DNA of 64,000 bases, from positions 6,262,001-6,326,000 of the forward strand of contig OX597829.1 of the NCBI GenBank assembly GCA_951406725.2, written 5' to 3'. This document shows positions 1 through 14,704 of the stretch, one piece after another; positions within the stretch are counted from its first letter, which is position 1; each line of letters begins with the position of its first letter. Below the pieces are notes generated by a model. That model had not been told where the DNA came from. It did no database searches and was given only the letters and a program-made list of their open reading frames with translations. This DNA is from Octopus vulgaris. Lineage: Eukaryota. The position numbers and the translations under genes were made by a program.

Positions 1-10
1 AAATTTGAAA

Positions 11-826
11 TTACATATACAGTATTTTAAGTAGGATATGGGCAGTTCCCACGAGCACTATATTTTGAATTTCTCCCATTTTGGGGTTTCCTGGTATCTG
101 ACATAGGTAGCAATCAGCCACTTTTGCTATCATTCTTAGGGCACCTATGGCAACAGGTATTGCTTTAGTCTTCAGGTTCCACATTTTGCCAATTTCTATT
201 TCAAGGTCTTTATATTTGCTCAGTTTTTGGTAGGTTTTGACAGATACGTTTATATCGATTGGGACAGTCATATCAATGAGGAGGCATGTTTTTTGTCTGA
301 AGTCTTTCAATATGATATCTGGCCTATTGGCATCTATCTTTCTGTCAGTTTAAATGGTGAAGTTCCAGAGGAATGAGATGTGGTCATTTTCAAGCACTGG
401 AGGTGGTTTGTGTTCCCAACAGTTACTTTCATGGGACAAGTCCAGGCTTTTGCAAATTACCCAGTGAATATATTGTGCAGATCTATCATGCCTACTGAGG
501 TACTCTGTAGGCACAAGAAGACTGCACATGGAGACAACGATCAATGGTTTCATTTTGTTGTTTACGTACACGACATGCTGGGAAGCTGCCATTCTTTAAT
601 ATGTTGGCCTGGCAGTTCCTTGTAGGTAGGCATTGATCTTTGGCTGTTATGATAAACCCCTCTGTTTCTGATTTTAAGCAAGAAGCATCTAACTATTGAT
701 GGCTAAGAGTTTTTCCAACCTCGGCACTATTAGCTCTCTTTGGGTATTTGCCTTTCAGAGGTTTTTCTTTCCATTTATCAGTCAGAATATATAAAGCAGC
801 AGTTTTGGTACGGGTTTTCATGCGCT
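11..826 (-). mobile_element. RLE-type (R4/Dong-like) non-LTR retrotransposon, degenerate 3' fragment (CCHC/RHD region + restriction-like endonuclease)
   Basis: Minus-strand frames give ...YLSRHDRSAQYIHWVICK...LWNFTI and KTCLLIDMTVPIDINVSVKTYQKLSKYKDLEIEIGKMW...IPVAIGAL...QNIVLVGTAHIL, the typical RLE C-terminus. Frameshifted; 5'-truncated against a (TTA)n array. Confidence 0.9.
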
Positions 827-840
827 TAATTTTTTCTGTG

Positions 841-841
<1 letters not shown>

Positions 842-911
<70 letters not shown>

Positions 912-921
912 TATTATTATT
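842..921. repeat. (TTA)n microsatellite
   Basis: Directly visible; adjoins the 3' end of the dispersed repeat at 922-977. Confidence 0.98.
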
Positions 922-977
922 GAGTGAGAGAACAGTGCATGCCATCAAAGTGACACTGGGGTAAAATATACGAAGCC
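922..977 (-). mobile_element. Short 3' end of a (TAA)n-tailed retroposon (LINE 3'UTR-like dispersed repeat)
   Basis: gagtgagagaacagtgcatgccatcaaagtgacactggggtaaaatatacgaagccc recurs at ~42770 and ~54343, always next to (TTA)n. Confidence 0.8.
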
Positions 978-1164
978 CTTTTATTGTTATTATACCTCTC
1001 AGAGCTCGTCTCGTTCTTGCTCTGGTTGGTTGTGACAGCGGACAGCATCTTGCTGTCACATGTGTCCTTCCATTAACTATAAGCTTTGGCAATTGGATGT
1101 TAACTTATCGCAATAGCATCTTCCACAATAATTTAACTTTATCATCATCATCATCATCATTGTC

Positions 1165-1405
1165 ATTAATACTTTGGAATACGTTCTTGACAGTTTTACA
1201 CCAGTTTCAGCTGCATCACGAGAGGATGAACTCCCGTGTTCCTGGGGTGCTCATCGCTATGTGTTATATTGTTTAAAACTACGTACATGAGTTGTGACTT
1301 TGAAAGGAATGTTTTCACTAGTGCGCTGCTATATTGCGCTCTTGAACGGAAAGTGTTTTGCTTAGAATGTGAGTAGTGCCATGCAAGGCTATATTTTGAC
1401 CATTC
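1165..1405 (-). mobile_element. RLE-type LINE extreme 3' end plus 3'UTR
   Basis: Minus strand QNIALHGTTHILSKTL (the Q..L.GT.HIL terminal motif), then a UTR and an (ATG)n tail at 1140-1160. Confidence 0.6.
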
Positions 1406-1419
1406 TTAACTTTGGGACA

Positions 1420-1790
1420 CAACCCATCGTGCCAAACAAGGTCAACTGCATTTTTGAAGTCGAAGAAGTTGTAATAGAATTCTGATTGGTGTTTGTTTTA
1501 GCTCTCCATGTGATATGTTTTAAGGGCTCTGAGGGTATGTTTTCCACTCCTGGAAATTCTCCATATTCGAGTATGCGTACTGCCTCTTCAACGTCTTAGA
1601 GAACTGGAGTACCATTAAGCCTTCTGTTGCTGCTGTTGTTGTCGTGGTCGTTGTTGTTATCAGAAATACCTAGGACGTTGTGATTGTAAAGGTCTTTGCC
1701 ATATCAGACCATCTTCTGATGAAATCAGTCTCTACTGTAAAGTGATGGTGTGTTTCTTTGTTTTTGTTAGGCTTCTGAATATTTCACTAG
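1420..1790 (-). mobile_element. RTE-clade LINE, degenerate RT-proximal fragments
   Basis: Minus strand VEEAVRILEYGEFPGVENIPSEPLKH (~GKSPGVDNIP), FYYNFFDFKNAVDLVWHDGL (~FIDFKKAFDRVWH) and RRWSD.GKDLYNH. Confidence 0.7.
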
Positions 1791-1987
1791 CAACCTTGTT
1801 GTTGCCCTTCTTTATCCCAAATTCGACGGGTTTTAGACTGGTATCCTATCTATTTCTCTTTGGCTCCCCACTCCCCGTTTTATACTTTATCTTCCTATCC
1901 ACAGCATTCTATTGCTGACCTGCCATTTAACACGTTAGTTTGGTCTTTCTACCCCAAATTCTCCCCTTAAAAACATATAGGTCCAAC

Positions 1988-3847
1988 TGTAACCAGAAAA
2001 TTTGGTTCCAGAAAATTCGATCCCAGAAATTATTAGTAAACTACCTATGAAGATATTTATTAAACAAATAAACAAAAGAAAATGCATAACTAAATAGAAG
2101 AGTAATTTTATTGAAAAATGAATAAACTAATGTATAAAACAGGAAAAAATATATTTATAATATCACCTTTTATCAGACATATTACACAACAAGTTAGGAA
2201 AATTGGGTTCGAGGAAATTAAGTCCCGGAAAATATTCATCCCAGACGTTACTAATATACTTCTCATGTAAACATTGATTTAACTGATCAGTATAAGCAAA
2301 AAACAAAATAGAATAATAATTTTATTAATAAAAATATAAAAATCACATATATAAGCCAGCAGAAAAATATGAGTAACTCATGTTTGAATCAACAAAAAAT
2401 ACTTCCTTTTATCAAACATATTATACAGAAAATTAGGAAAATAGGTCTGAGAACCTGGTATTTTCTCGTTTTCTGTGGACTATTTCCTCTTTGAGCATGA
2501 ATAATTTTGGTCTGTTAAGGAATTCTTCTTTTCGAAGAGCATGAATAAGCTTCCAGATGTTTTTGTGCTTGTTTGCTATTGATATGCGCAATGCTGAGTG
2601 AAACCCCGCAAGAGCATTGTCTGTCCGAAGCAATTCCTTAATTATTCGACTGTAAACATTCCAAGAATTAACTGGGTACAAAGGATCTTCTTGTCTGACA
2701 CGTCTACCTCTCTTTTTGTCCAATGTATGTCAGCTCGAAATAATTTACAAAATCTATTGGAATTGATTCGTCCTCACCGAGATCTTCATATGTAACAATT
2801 ACTTCTGGTGGTAAAAATGCCAGCGCGCAGAACATTTGTATTTTTGTGGAAAAAGAACCATCAGTACTACGTTGAACTTTATATCAGAGTTGGCATAATT
2901 TCTTATAAACTGTCTGGCAAAAATGAAATAAACAACCTACACTGGTGCTTCCAGTAAAGTTATGATCACAGCTGTGACGAATTGCCATTCAGAGTCAATC
3001 AATACATGTGTTGCTTGTGTTCTGTCTCGCAGTAAATGAAAGCTTGAGGATAAGATCTACCATTTATCATAGCATGAATGGTGAAAAGCTGATACCATGC
3101 ACTTGATGATGATTTCAATGTTTCAACCATTCCTAAAAATGAGGTGTTTTCCAGTTGTTTAAGACCTTCGGTAGAGGCAAAAATTAAAATCCTCATTTCG
3201 TCATTACTACCTGTGTCGCATTGCAGTAATCAGGCACTTGAAATCCAGTCCGATGAAGAGGCAACGGCGAAACACCAAAATCTTTATTGTGCCAATTTGG
3301 AATACTTCCAGGAACTGTTTGCAACTGTGGTAATTCAGATTTCGCATTCTCACCAAGCACTCGAGTACTTTTTTCAACTCCATCTTGCAACTTTTTTCTT
3401 AAAGCTGAAATGGTGAATTATGCTTCCATGGCATTCGGTGAGGGTTCATGATCATGACTATTGATTGTTGTAATAATTATAGGTTCACCTGGCTTATTCT
3501 CTGTTAGAACACGAACACGATATGTATTGCGAATCTCATAGCGCCACAGTTTCCTTGTCTCCTCGGAACTAAACTTCTGAAAGTCATTAACATAATTAAG
3601 TTCATCAATCAATTTGTATTTGCTTTTCTCACTTTTAAAATATTTTGCAGCTATATTATATTTTCTTAAAATTGGAAATATTTGTTATCCTATGGGCGAA
3701 AGGACTCCATAGTAAGCGAAAAGACCGGATATCGATTTGAAAAATTGTCTGGAATCAAATTTATTGGGACTGAATTTTCAGAGACCGAATTTTCCGAGAC
3801 CGAATTTTCTGGGACCGAATTTTCCAGGACCGAATTTTCTTAGCACC
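1988..3847 (-). mobile_element. Mutator-like (MULE) DNA transposon with degenerate FLYWCH + MULE transposase
   Basis: 9-bp TSD aggtccaac at 1979-1987 and 3848-3856. Inverted 15-bp subterminal repeats (agaaaattcggtccc-like on the left, gggaccgaattttct-like on the right). Minus ORFs: KLWRYEIRNTYRVRV...HDHEP (FLYWCH-like), RILIFASTEGLKQL...WYQLFTIHA (MULE) and WNVYSRIIKELLRTDNALAGFH (~RTNN..EGWH). Confidence 0.9.
3748..3841. repeat. 15-bp tandem repeat forming the MULE subterminal inverted repeat
   Basis: About 6 copies of (g/a)ggaccgaattttc(t/c); reverse-complement copies at ~1994-2030 and ~2196-2245. Confidence 0.85.
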
Positions 3848-4520
3848 AGGTCCAACATATCATCAGTGATCCATTGTTTCTTTTTCCCTCTCTTTCTCAA
3901 CACGTCTAGAGCCATTTCATGAAGCACTTCTTTAATGTTGTCGGCTAGGGATTTTATATTATCTTCTAGGAGGTTAAGGGCTGCAAATCTCTCATCCACT
4001 GTAACCTCAAACTTCACTGCAAAGTTGGTATCCTTCAGTTTATCATTGTCAAATCTGTGTAGCTATTTTCTTATTGATCCTTTTCAGTTTGAGCTCAATT
4101 GTAACTGGAATTATATCATGATCTCTGTTGTTCAGTTATTAGTTACTCTGTCTTCATACAAGCTGGAGAAAACTGAGTCTCAAAAGTTTGGTATTAATAA
4201 AGTTACGAATGGGGAAGTTCCTCTCTTAAGCTTATTGATACTAAATTTTTGAGATGCGAGGATGAAGGCTATTCCATTTGGAGTCCTACCGACTCGTAGA
4301 AAAGATGTCCTCATCATCCTCGGAGACTGGAAGGCCAAAAAAGGTCCGGGAGCATATGACCAATGGTCGAGGGTAGTAAGACGGTTCGGCATCGGAGAAA
4401 TAAATGATAGCAGACGCGACTCCTAGAAATTGTTAGCACTCACAAGTTGACCCTAGCCAACACACTGTTCCCACACTGAGAAAGATTTGGCATGCACCCA
4501 ATGGCAGGACACACAATACT
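3848..4520. mobile_element. RTE LINE AP-endonuclease/linker fragments in opposite orientations
   Basis: Plus 4255-4520: KDVLIILGDWKAKKG...RFGIGEIN...WHAPNGRTHN. Minus 3848-4135: DHDIIPVTIELKLK...RFAALNLL...KKKQWITDDMLDL. Confidence 0.8.
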
Positions 4521-4859
4521 AAGAACGAAAATAATTCAAAATGATGGAGTTGATCATCCCATTGCACTGATTGCATTATCTTCATTTGTCACTAGTATTT
4601 ATATCTCTTATTTATGGCCATCTGAAATCAGACATTGTCCTTTAACCTGTAGGCTGCTGTTGACTTACATTACTAGCTCTTGGTTAAGTCGTACAAGGTA
4701 TTGAACTATGAAGTAAGTTTCGTTTTTATTTTTTAATATGTTTTTTAAATTCAGTTTTATCTTTTCTTTCATAATATTTTCTGTTGCTTTTTTTTTCTTT
4801 TTATTGCATCTAGCTTTTGTATTTGAACTGCACGGAATGAACTTTTAACTCTACTATTA

Positions 4860-5170
4860 AAAACTATGACCAGGAATGAAGTCTACCAAATAAAATGCAT
4901 AGAGGATAATTGTGGGAACCAAAATATGGCAAACAATGGAGACTTCTAGAAGTTTCGCTGACAGGCTAAATGTTCACAGGTGAGAGTTTAAGGAATGGAA
5001 ACAACCGTCGATTCTCTACCAAGATGCCAGAGACCAGCATAGGAGCGTGCTGAATGAACTGATATCAAAATTTTATCTAAACACCCGAGAAGCGCATTGC
5101 TAAGACTGATATATGAGTCTGCTCTCATGCATGAGACAACGCCAACACTAAATAGTAAATACGCATAGTA
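4860..5170 (+). mobile_element. Penelope-like element GIY-YIG endonuclease remnant
   Basis: With two frameshifts and a stop it reads NEVYQIKCIEDNC...NNG/ETSRSFADRLNVHR...DIKILSKHPRSALLRLIYESALMHETTPTLN*, matching the PLE pattern VY.I.C..C..YIGET.R...R..EH...E...I....P.LN. Not in the ORF track. Confidence 0.8.
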
Positions 5171-5542
5171 TATAATACAACCGCAACACAACTGCCACTA
5201 CCCACGCAACACATACAACAATTCGGGGGGGGGGTATACGTCCATGTGGAGGTACGGGATTTGTGAGTATAGGTATATATATATATATATATATAGGGTA
5301 ATATTAGAATGAAAGCAGTCGACACATAAATCAATAGAGATGAATACACGTAACTTTGAACAGTTCCAGCAAAGAACCATGCGCTATCTGTTTCCTCGTA
5401 CACGCATACACAAATGATCACGCACACGCGCACACAAACTGTCACAAACATATGCGCGAACACGAACAAACACACCCGCGGACAAAAACACATGCGCTTG
5501 ACTATTAAAAAGAACGAGCTATATCACACGCACGCACGTGCG

Positions 5543-5582
<40 letters not shown>

Positions 5583-5884
5583 TATACGTAAAAACAGAAA
5601 CACACGCATGCATATAGACACATACACACAAATAAACGAAACACATACATGCACAACAAAGTACACATGGAAATACACACTGACTTTAACAACCGACTAT
5701 AACAACCGACGACACCACACACACATGCATAAGCGCACACACACCACACATACAACACAAGGCATATATAAAAGTATGGACTCGTACATCTACATACACA
5801 TATACGGACATACTAACCTACACACACATAGATATAAGACTAGCTCTAAGACTGACTAAAAGCATACCTTGATGCGGACGGCAT

Positions 5885-5927
5885 GGCGCTGACGAAGTCT
5901 CGAATAACGACGAATGCACTGACAGAC
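5885..5927 (+). ncRNA. Degenerate minimal hammerhead-like motif downstream of the PLE GIY-YIG
   Basis: CTGACGA-AGTC...GAC-GAA(t); one A of GAAA is lost and stems I/III are poor. Position fits a PLE 3'UTR/pLTR. Confidence 0.45.
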
Positions 5928-7499
5928 AACTAACAACCTATGGATAATTAGCTGGTAAAAATAAAGAAGTGGTGTCGAACCAGTGCGTGTGTTTATTGTA
6001 TATTTTTATTGGCATTATGATCCTCTCTAGAGAAACCAGGATTTCCCGATACTATTCCTTTTCTTCAGTGAAGTTAGTTTTCAGTTTTTATTTTGGTTTC
6101 CTTATTGAAAAGATATCTTTTATTTTCAAGTTGTTTTATGATACCAATAAGTTTTCTTTTATATTTTGTAGGTGTCTTCTATTACTATTGCTACGTTGTA
6201 GTAGTTATTCTATTTGTCTGGGTTACCTAGAAATCTAATTATATCAACTTTGAGTTGACAATTTCAGAAACCAGTAATATATTTCTCTTGTGTGAATCTA
6301 CACACTTCAATTAACTTCCAGTTTATTACATTGATGTATTTCGTAACAAAAATGACTTCAAAATACATATTCATATGTTATTTGTAGCACTGTGTTCTGT
6401 TTTTATCATTTGTCTGACTTTTTAATAATACTTACCTTACTTTTCCTTTGCTTCTATATGGTGTATTTTATCAGTTTTATCAATACCTAAGAATTTATGT
6501 GGATGATTCTGTTCTAATTCTTTGGTTTCCGTGTCTATATTTAATTTAATAAACTCAATTTTAGTTATTTTTCTGGTTTTTATAGTAGAGTTTGCACATA
6601 CAATCAGATTTCATGCTCACTTTTATGGCTTAACTAAATTTATTTGCAATGTTTAGATTTTCTTACACGGTGGTGTATCTTATAAATAATTTAAAGCTAT
6701 CCGTATGGAGAAGATGAGGCACAATTTGTCCGATGAATCAATAAATATTCGCAATTTCACTCAGCAGATTTGTCAATGGAGTCTGCACTGAGTTGTGTAG
6801 AAGTGGTAATGATAACTCTTCGTATAAGTCTGACTGTTATTATCTTTTCTCTGTTTTGTAGAAATCACATTTTTTTTTATTTAGGTGAAATAATAATGAA
6901 TACGTTTTTCCTAATATTGAAATACTTTGATTTATGTTTAATACCTCCAGCATTCAAAAGTGCTTTTCAGTAATGAATGCAGGTGTACTAACATCTGTTT
7001 ACCTGGATTTGTTCTGTAGGCATGCTATAATGATTCTTTCTACTTTTGACCAAAGCCATATGCTATATTGATGATGATGGTAATAATGATGATTCCTTTT
7101 ATTGACCACTATCTTCTAGTTCTTTCCTCCAACTTACGAAAGCTTACTCAAAGTAGGTCCATTTACCCATATCAGTCTTTCCACTCTTATCCACCTTTCG
7201 ATAAACATACTGGAAGGTAGCATTTACCTCATAACCTTCACATTTCCCTTCATTTGGTAAGGAAGTTGCTGCGTTCAAACCTTTTAGGCAAGCTCACCAC
7301 ACAACCTATTTGCCACGTTTGTCTCGAACAGATAATAATCTCTTATTGCACTGCCATGGAAGTTCTCCATAATCGCTGATATGAGAATCGTTCAGCATCA
7401 ATCCTAGACTATTGACGTTCTCATTTTCATTGTCGGCGTCGAAATCTTCTCTGTAATATAGATATTTCTGAAAATGCTTCAGCCTCGGCACGTGTCACG

Positions 7500-7900
7500 C
7501 ATCATCAAAGATAGCATCCCAAGATCACCATCAAGTGTCAGACATTGAGAAAGAAAGCGAACTATGCTGGATCGTAGATATAGCATGTCCAGCTGACAAA
7601 AAGCTATCAAATAAGGAAGAAAGAAAAGTCAATAGATATGACAGGTTATCTTGGAAGATTAAGCAGTTGCGGTCGCTGAAAAATGTAGTAGTACCAATAA
7701 TTGTCGGAGACCTGGGAGCAGTGAACAAAATTCTCGAGAAGTACGTGGAACAAACAGGGGCTGCAATAAGGGTGGAGCACTTGCAGAAAACAGCACTGCT
7801 TGGAACCGCTCGAAAACTCCGGTAGGTGCTCGAAAAATAAGGGATGTTATTAGTGAACAGCTGGTACCGTAGTACGTCTCAAGCGATAAAAGCTGTGCAA
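7500..7900 (+). mobile_element. RLE-type LINE 3' end
   Basis: CWIVDIACPADKKLSNKEERKVNRYDRL...VVPIIVGDLG...LQKTALLGTARKLR, then a short UTR and a (GAT)n tail. Confidence 0.88.
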
Positions 7901-7901
7901 A

Positions 7902-7904
7902 GAC

Positions 7905-7945
<41 letters not shown>

Positions 7946-8022
7946 CGACGACGACGATGATGATGATGACGATGACGATGACGACGACGACGACGATGAT
8001 GATGAGGATGATGATGATGATG
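7902..8022. repeat. (GAT/GAC)n compound microsatellite
   Basis: Directly visible. Confidence 0.97.
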
Positions 8023-8026
8023 ATAA

Positions 8027-9612
8027 ATATAGTAAAAATATTGTAGAGAATTGCCGAAGCGAAAAGAGGAACCTGAGTATGGCATGGATTGGCGACAGGA
8101 AGCCTTTTCAAAGTGGAACACACGTCTCTTTCTAAACCATAGTAATAGGTTGAGCTAAACTAACAACTTCAACATCAAACGAGGCATCTTTCAAGCCGAC
8201 ACACTCTCCCCATTACTCTTTTGCATGACATTGATCCCACTCACAAACAAACTAAATACCCAGGTATGGGGCCAAAGTGTACAATACATCAATAGACCAT
8301 CTGTTTTATATGGACGATCTGAAGCTGTTCGCTAGAAACGACGAAGAGCTATCAGGGCTGCTAACAGCTGTTAAAGAATTCAGTAATGACATAAAGTTGG
8401 ACTTTGGCCTTCATAAGTGTGCTTAAGCAACTTTTATAGGAGGCAAGCTCAAGGAAACAGCTTTCTTTAAATTAGATACCGACACTACCATCAAGGAGCT
8501 TGACCCAGAAGAATTTTACAAATACCAAGAGATAAATGAATGTGGTGGTATACAATATGCTACCATGAAAGAAAAAATAAGACAGGAATATAACTGGAGA
8601 ATTAGACTCATACTAAAATCTGAACTCAATACTAAAACTCGCATCGAAGTCATTAACAACCTAGGATTTCCAGTAGTCCAATATAATTTTAACATCAGTA
8701 ACTGGAATCTTACAGAGATTCAAAGCCTGGACAGGAGGACAAGAAAACTACTAACATCTAAGAACATGCACCACCCAAAAGTAGATGTTGATCTTCTGTA
8801 CCTAACTAGAAGTAACGGGGGAAGGGGAATGTGCTTTTAGACCTCCACAATAACAATGGACAGATACTTATTCAGTACAGGACGTTGCGACTTGTGTGCA
8901 AACACGAGAGCAGCAAAAGATCACATTTTATTGTCAAGGAAGCTTGCAAATTCGCAAGGGAATTTGGCATTAATCCTGAAATATTTGAAGAACCTGAAAC
9001 CACTGCCAGAAAACAAACAATAGGGATCAATCAGACTGCAAAAAAGAACTAACAGAAACAAATTGAGAAGCCTCTAGTTAGATATCATACACTTCGAAGT
9101 CGAAATGCTGATGTAGATCAAGCAACAACCCATCAGAAACTGGAGGTTTCATATTGGCGGTACATGATCAAAGCTTGCTCATAAAAAAAAGACTACAGGC
9201 CTAACGTTCTTCAAAACGGTTCTGACCCTAAATGCAGATTATGCGAGACATTTGACGAAACAATAGTCCATCTCGTTTCGGGATATCCTGCGCTGACACC
9301 AAACGAATACAAAAATCAACACGATAGGATAGGAGAGTATTTACATAGGAACACTATACTACAAAATCAGCACGCCTGCTTATTGGTATGAACATCATCC
9401 TGAGCCAGCCTTTCAAGACAGAAATGTTACGATCCTCTGGGATTCTCCACTCAACAGTGACAGAACAATCCAGGTTAATCGACCAGGCATAATCATTAAA
9501 GATAGGGAAGAAAATACTTGTAGACTAAAAGATGTAAGTTTTGCCACTAACAAAAATATACCCGTCAAGGAATTTGACAAACTAAGAAAATATAAGGACC
9601 CGGAAAATGAAC
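8027..9612 (+). mobile_element. R4/Dong-like LINE, RT to RLE fragment (degenerate)
   Basis: NLSMAWI, RGIFQADTLSPLLFC, HLFYMDDLKLF (tatatggacgat ~8308), FGLHKC, KIRQEYNWRIRLILKSELN, MHHPKVDVDLLY..RSNGGRG, CRLC..HD, ILWD, KYKD; multiple frameshifts. Confidence 0.92.
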
Positions 9613-9666
9613 ATTATTTACATTATTTACATTTGACGGATATTTGTCCTCATCTTGTTTGTTGTT

Positions 9667-9713
9667 AACACAACGTTTCGGCTGATATACACTCCAGAAC
9701 TTCATTAGTTGTC
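9667..9713 (-). ncRNA. Degenerate minimal type-I hammerhead motif
   Basis: Minus: GACAA-CTAATGA-agttctg...cagcc-GAAA-CG-TT-GTGTT; G5A core change, stem II partly decayed. Confidence 0.6.
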
Positions 9714-9763
9714 TTGGAGAAATTTCGAACTGAGTTTTCATTCCTGAGGTATTTTTTTCGATG

Positions 9764-9769
<6 letters not shown>

Positions 9770-9826
<57 letters not shown>

Positions 9827-9870
9827 CATCATCATCATCATCATCCTCATCATCATCATCATTATTATTA

Positions 9871-9907
<37 letters not shown>

Positions 9908-10014
9908 CATCCTCCTCCTCCTCCTCCTCCTCCTCCTCATCATCATCATCATCATCATCATCATCACCATCATCACCATCATCATCATCATCATCGTCGT
10001 CGTCGTTGTTGTTG

Positions 10015-10051
<37 letters not shown>

Positions 10052-10056
10052 CATTA
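9770..10056. repeat. Compound (TTA)(TCA)(TCC)(TCG)(TTG) microsatellite
   Basis: Directly visible. Confidence 0.97.
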
Positions 10057-10222
10057 TTCAGGTCTCTGCTGGGAATCGAACTCGGAAACTCGGTGTTGGT
10101 GTTGGAAGTGGTAGTGAGAGAGATGGAGGTGTTGATGGCGGTGGTCACTGGATAGTGAAAAGTGTATATTTAAAAATTGAATTAAGTTTTTTTTTATATA
10201 ACACCTAGATATAGAAATACAC

Positions 10223-10280
<58 letters not shown>

Positions 10281-10281
10281 G

Positions 10282-10332
<51 letters not shown>

Positions 10333-10489
10333 CTTATAGAATAAATGGAAAAGAATATTTATTTTATGAGTGCTGTGTGTATGAAATTGTTTATAAATTG
10401 TATAAAGTGCATTGCGTAATCATCATATTCCGATTTCTGCCACTTTCCAGTGAATAGCAGATGAGCGACTACCTTTTGATACAGACACA

Positions 10490-12805
<2,316 letters not shown>

Positions 12806-12809
12806 TTAT

Positions 12810-13485
12810 TTATATTTTCTCTTTATCACAGGTTTTGTTGGAGTTCCTGGATCTTGCATCCGTAGCGGGCTTACTACCGGAAGCCAATGGTACCATGCTA
12901 TTCGTTCTTTTCAGTCACATAATACTTTCCTGGTTATTCTGACCGTGCCATGGAGGCTAACCTTTTGTAACAGTTCTGTTGGGCACTCTATTACGATTTC
13001 ATTCATATTCCCCTTGTTACTTTCTGATGCAGCAATAATTGATACTATCTTCACCTTCTTCATTTTCCATAGCCGGGCTGTTTCGAACTTAAGAGGGTTG
13101 AATCTATCTATCTTTTCGTCTTCCTTCTTTACTATTACTGGGTCAAATGGGCATGCAACCTCAACTATATAGCATATGTGGTGCACCTGATCTGTTTGGT
13201 TTGAGAAATCCCAGAGGATTTTGCTTGTCCCGACTCATGCTACGTTTTGCCCCTCTTTAGCCCCAACTTTTTGCACAGTTTCCAATGTAGCACTTTCACT
13301 ACTTGGTCGTATCGCCACAGCTTGTAATGGTTTTGTGCAAGTCCAGGGCATTCGTTCGTGATATGGATAATGGTTTCATCCACCCTAATGCGGTACAACG
13401 GAGACACTTGCACATTCCGCAAGTTGACCCTCCATTTCATGGCTTGAGCTTGGTCCTGCACTGACAGTATAATGGTCTCCGTCTC
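12810..13485 (-). mobile_element. RLE-type LINE 3' end
   Basis: QDQA...ETIIHITNECPGLAQNHYKLWRYDQV..LHWKLC and CYIVEVACPFD...KEDEKIDRF...LQKVSLHGTVRITRKVL. Confidence 0.88.
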
Positions 13486-13494
13486 TTCTCATGG

Positions 13495-13750
<256 letters not shown>

Positions 13751-13869
13751 AGTATTAGTGTTCGATGTGTGCGTAATGCGAGTTGTGTTTTTCTGTTGGG
13801 TATCCAACCTATAGAACACATATTCTGCTGGTTGTTTGTTTCATTGGATATTTGCTGCATAGAGTGTAT

Positions 13870-14237
13870 CTTGTTTTTGTGAATTATTTTGTTTGCCTTG
13901 TATTATGGAATTGATAGTCTCATGCACAAGGTGTGACCTGTTCCTAATAGGGCTAATTTTTGAAGATTGTGCAATGGTTGAAGATCCAGGTATTTATAGC
14001 ATATATTTGATGTTTTTTTTTTGTTCTCACGTTCCTTATATCATGCTCAGTGCTCCAGTTATTACCGGTAGTGTTTCCACATTCATGCCCCACGCCTTGA
14101 ATACTCCAGTTTCGAAGTCTTTGTTCTTTGACAATTTCTTCGCTTCTTTTAGAGGAATAGTTTGGTTAGAAGGGTCTGCGATATTTCTCAGTAAGCATGT
14201 GGTTTTTTTTCATACTTGCTTAATTTGTCTGGACAAT
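13870..14237 (-). mobile_element. Degenerate RLE-type LINE 3' end
   Basis: Minus strand IADPSNQTIPLKEAKKLSKNKDFE...AWGMNVETLPVITGALSMI. Confidence 0.7.
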
Positions 14238-14239
14238 AA

Positions 14240-14302
14240 TTGTTGTTGTTTTTATTATTATCATTATTATCATTATTATTATCATCATTATTATCATCAT
14301 CA

Positions 14303-14371
<69 letters not shown>

Positions 14372-14440
14372 ATAGTAGTAGTTGTAGTAGTAGTAGTGTA
14401 ATTGTCGTCGTAATTATGATCATCATCAGTATTATTATTC
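14240..14440. repeat. (TTA)/(TCA)/(TAG) microsatellite
   Basis: Directly visible. Confidence 0.95.
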
Positions 14441-14682
14441 ATATACATACAACAGATTAAACTGTTGGAAAAGAAAAGTTCCTACTATCGGACTACAACA
14501 AATAGCATTAGACGCCAAGAACCCTTCTAAGTATCCTAGCTGTCCCTAATAACACTATTTTCTGCAGTTGCATTAAACTGGGTTTTATGTATATTTCCTC
14601 TATCCATCAGTTCAAATATTTAAGGATATTTCCCAATGCATCTATAACTACCGGGATACATTTTACCCGCATTTTCCATAGT
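14440..14682 (-). mobile_element. RLE-type LINE extreme 3' end
   Basis: Minus strand WKMRVKCIPVVIDALGNI...LQKIVLLGTARILRRVLGV* (stop at 14508-14510). Confidence 0.8.
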
Positions 14683-14704
14683 CGCTGTCATTTAGCGTCG
14701 TTTA

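Larger units (their letters stand above)
9612..10092 (-). mobile_element. SINE-like element: tRNA B-box head, internal trinucleotide array, hammerhead-like 3' part, 9-bp tandem tail
   Basis: Minus strand: GAGTTCGATTCC B-box (10072-10083), trinucleotide array 9770-10056, HHR-like motif 9667-9713, tail (AATGTAAAT)x2 at ~9612-9633. No A-box visible in this copy. Confidence 0.6.

Noticed and set aside
3748-3841. Short regular repeats resembling a CRISPR array
   Set aside because: Contiguous 15-mers with no unique spacers and no cas genes; explained as the MULE subterminal repeat.
6000-6900. Possible very old Penelope RT/EN remnant (minus), also 41760-42400
   Set aside because: Only vague motif echoes; cannot be supported without a profile search.
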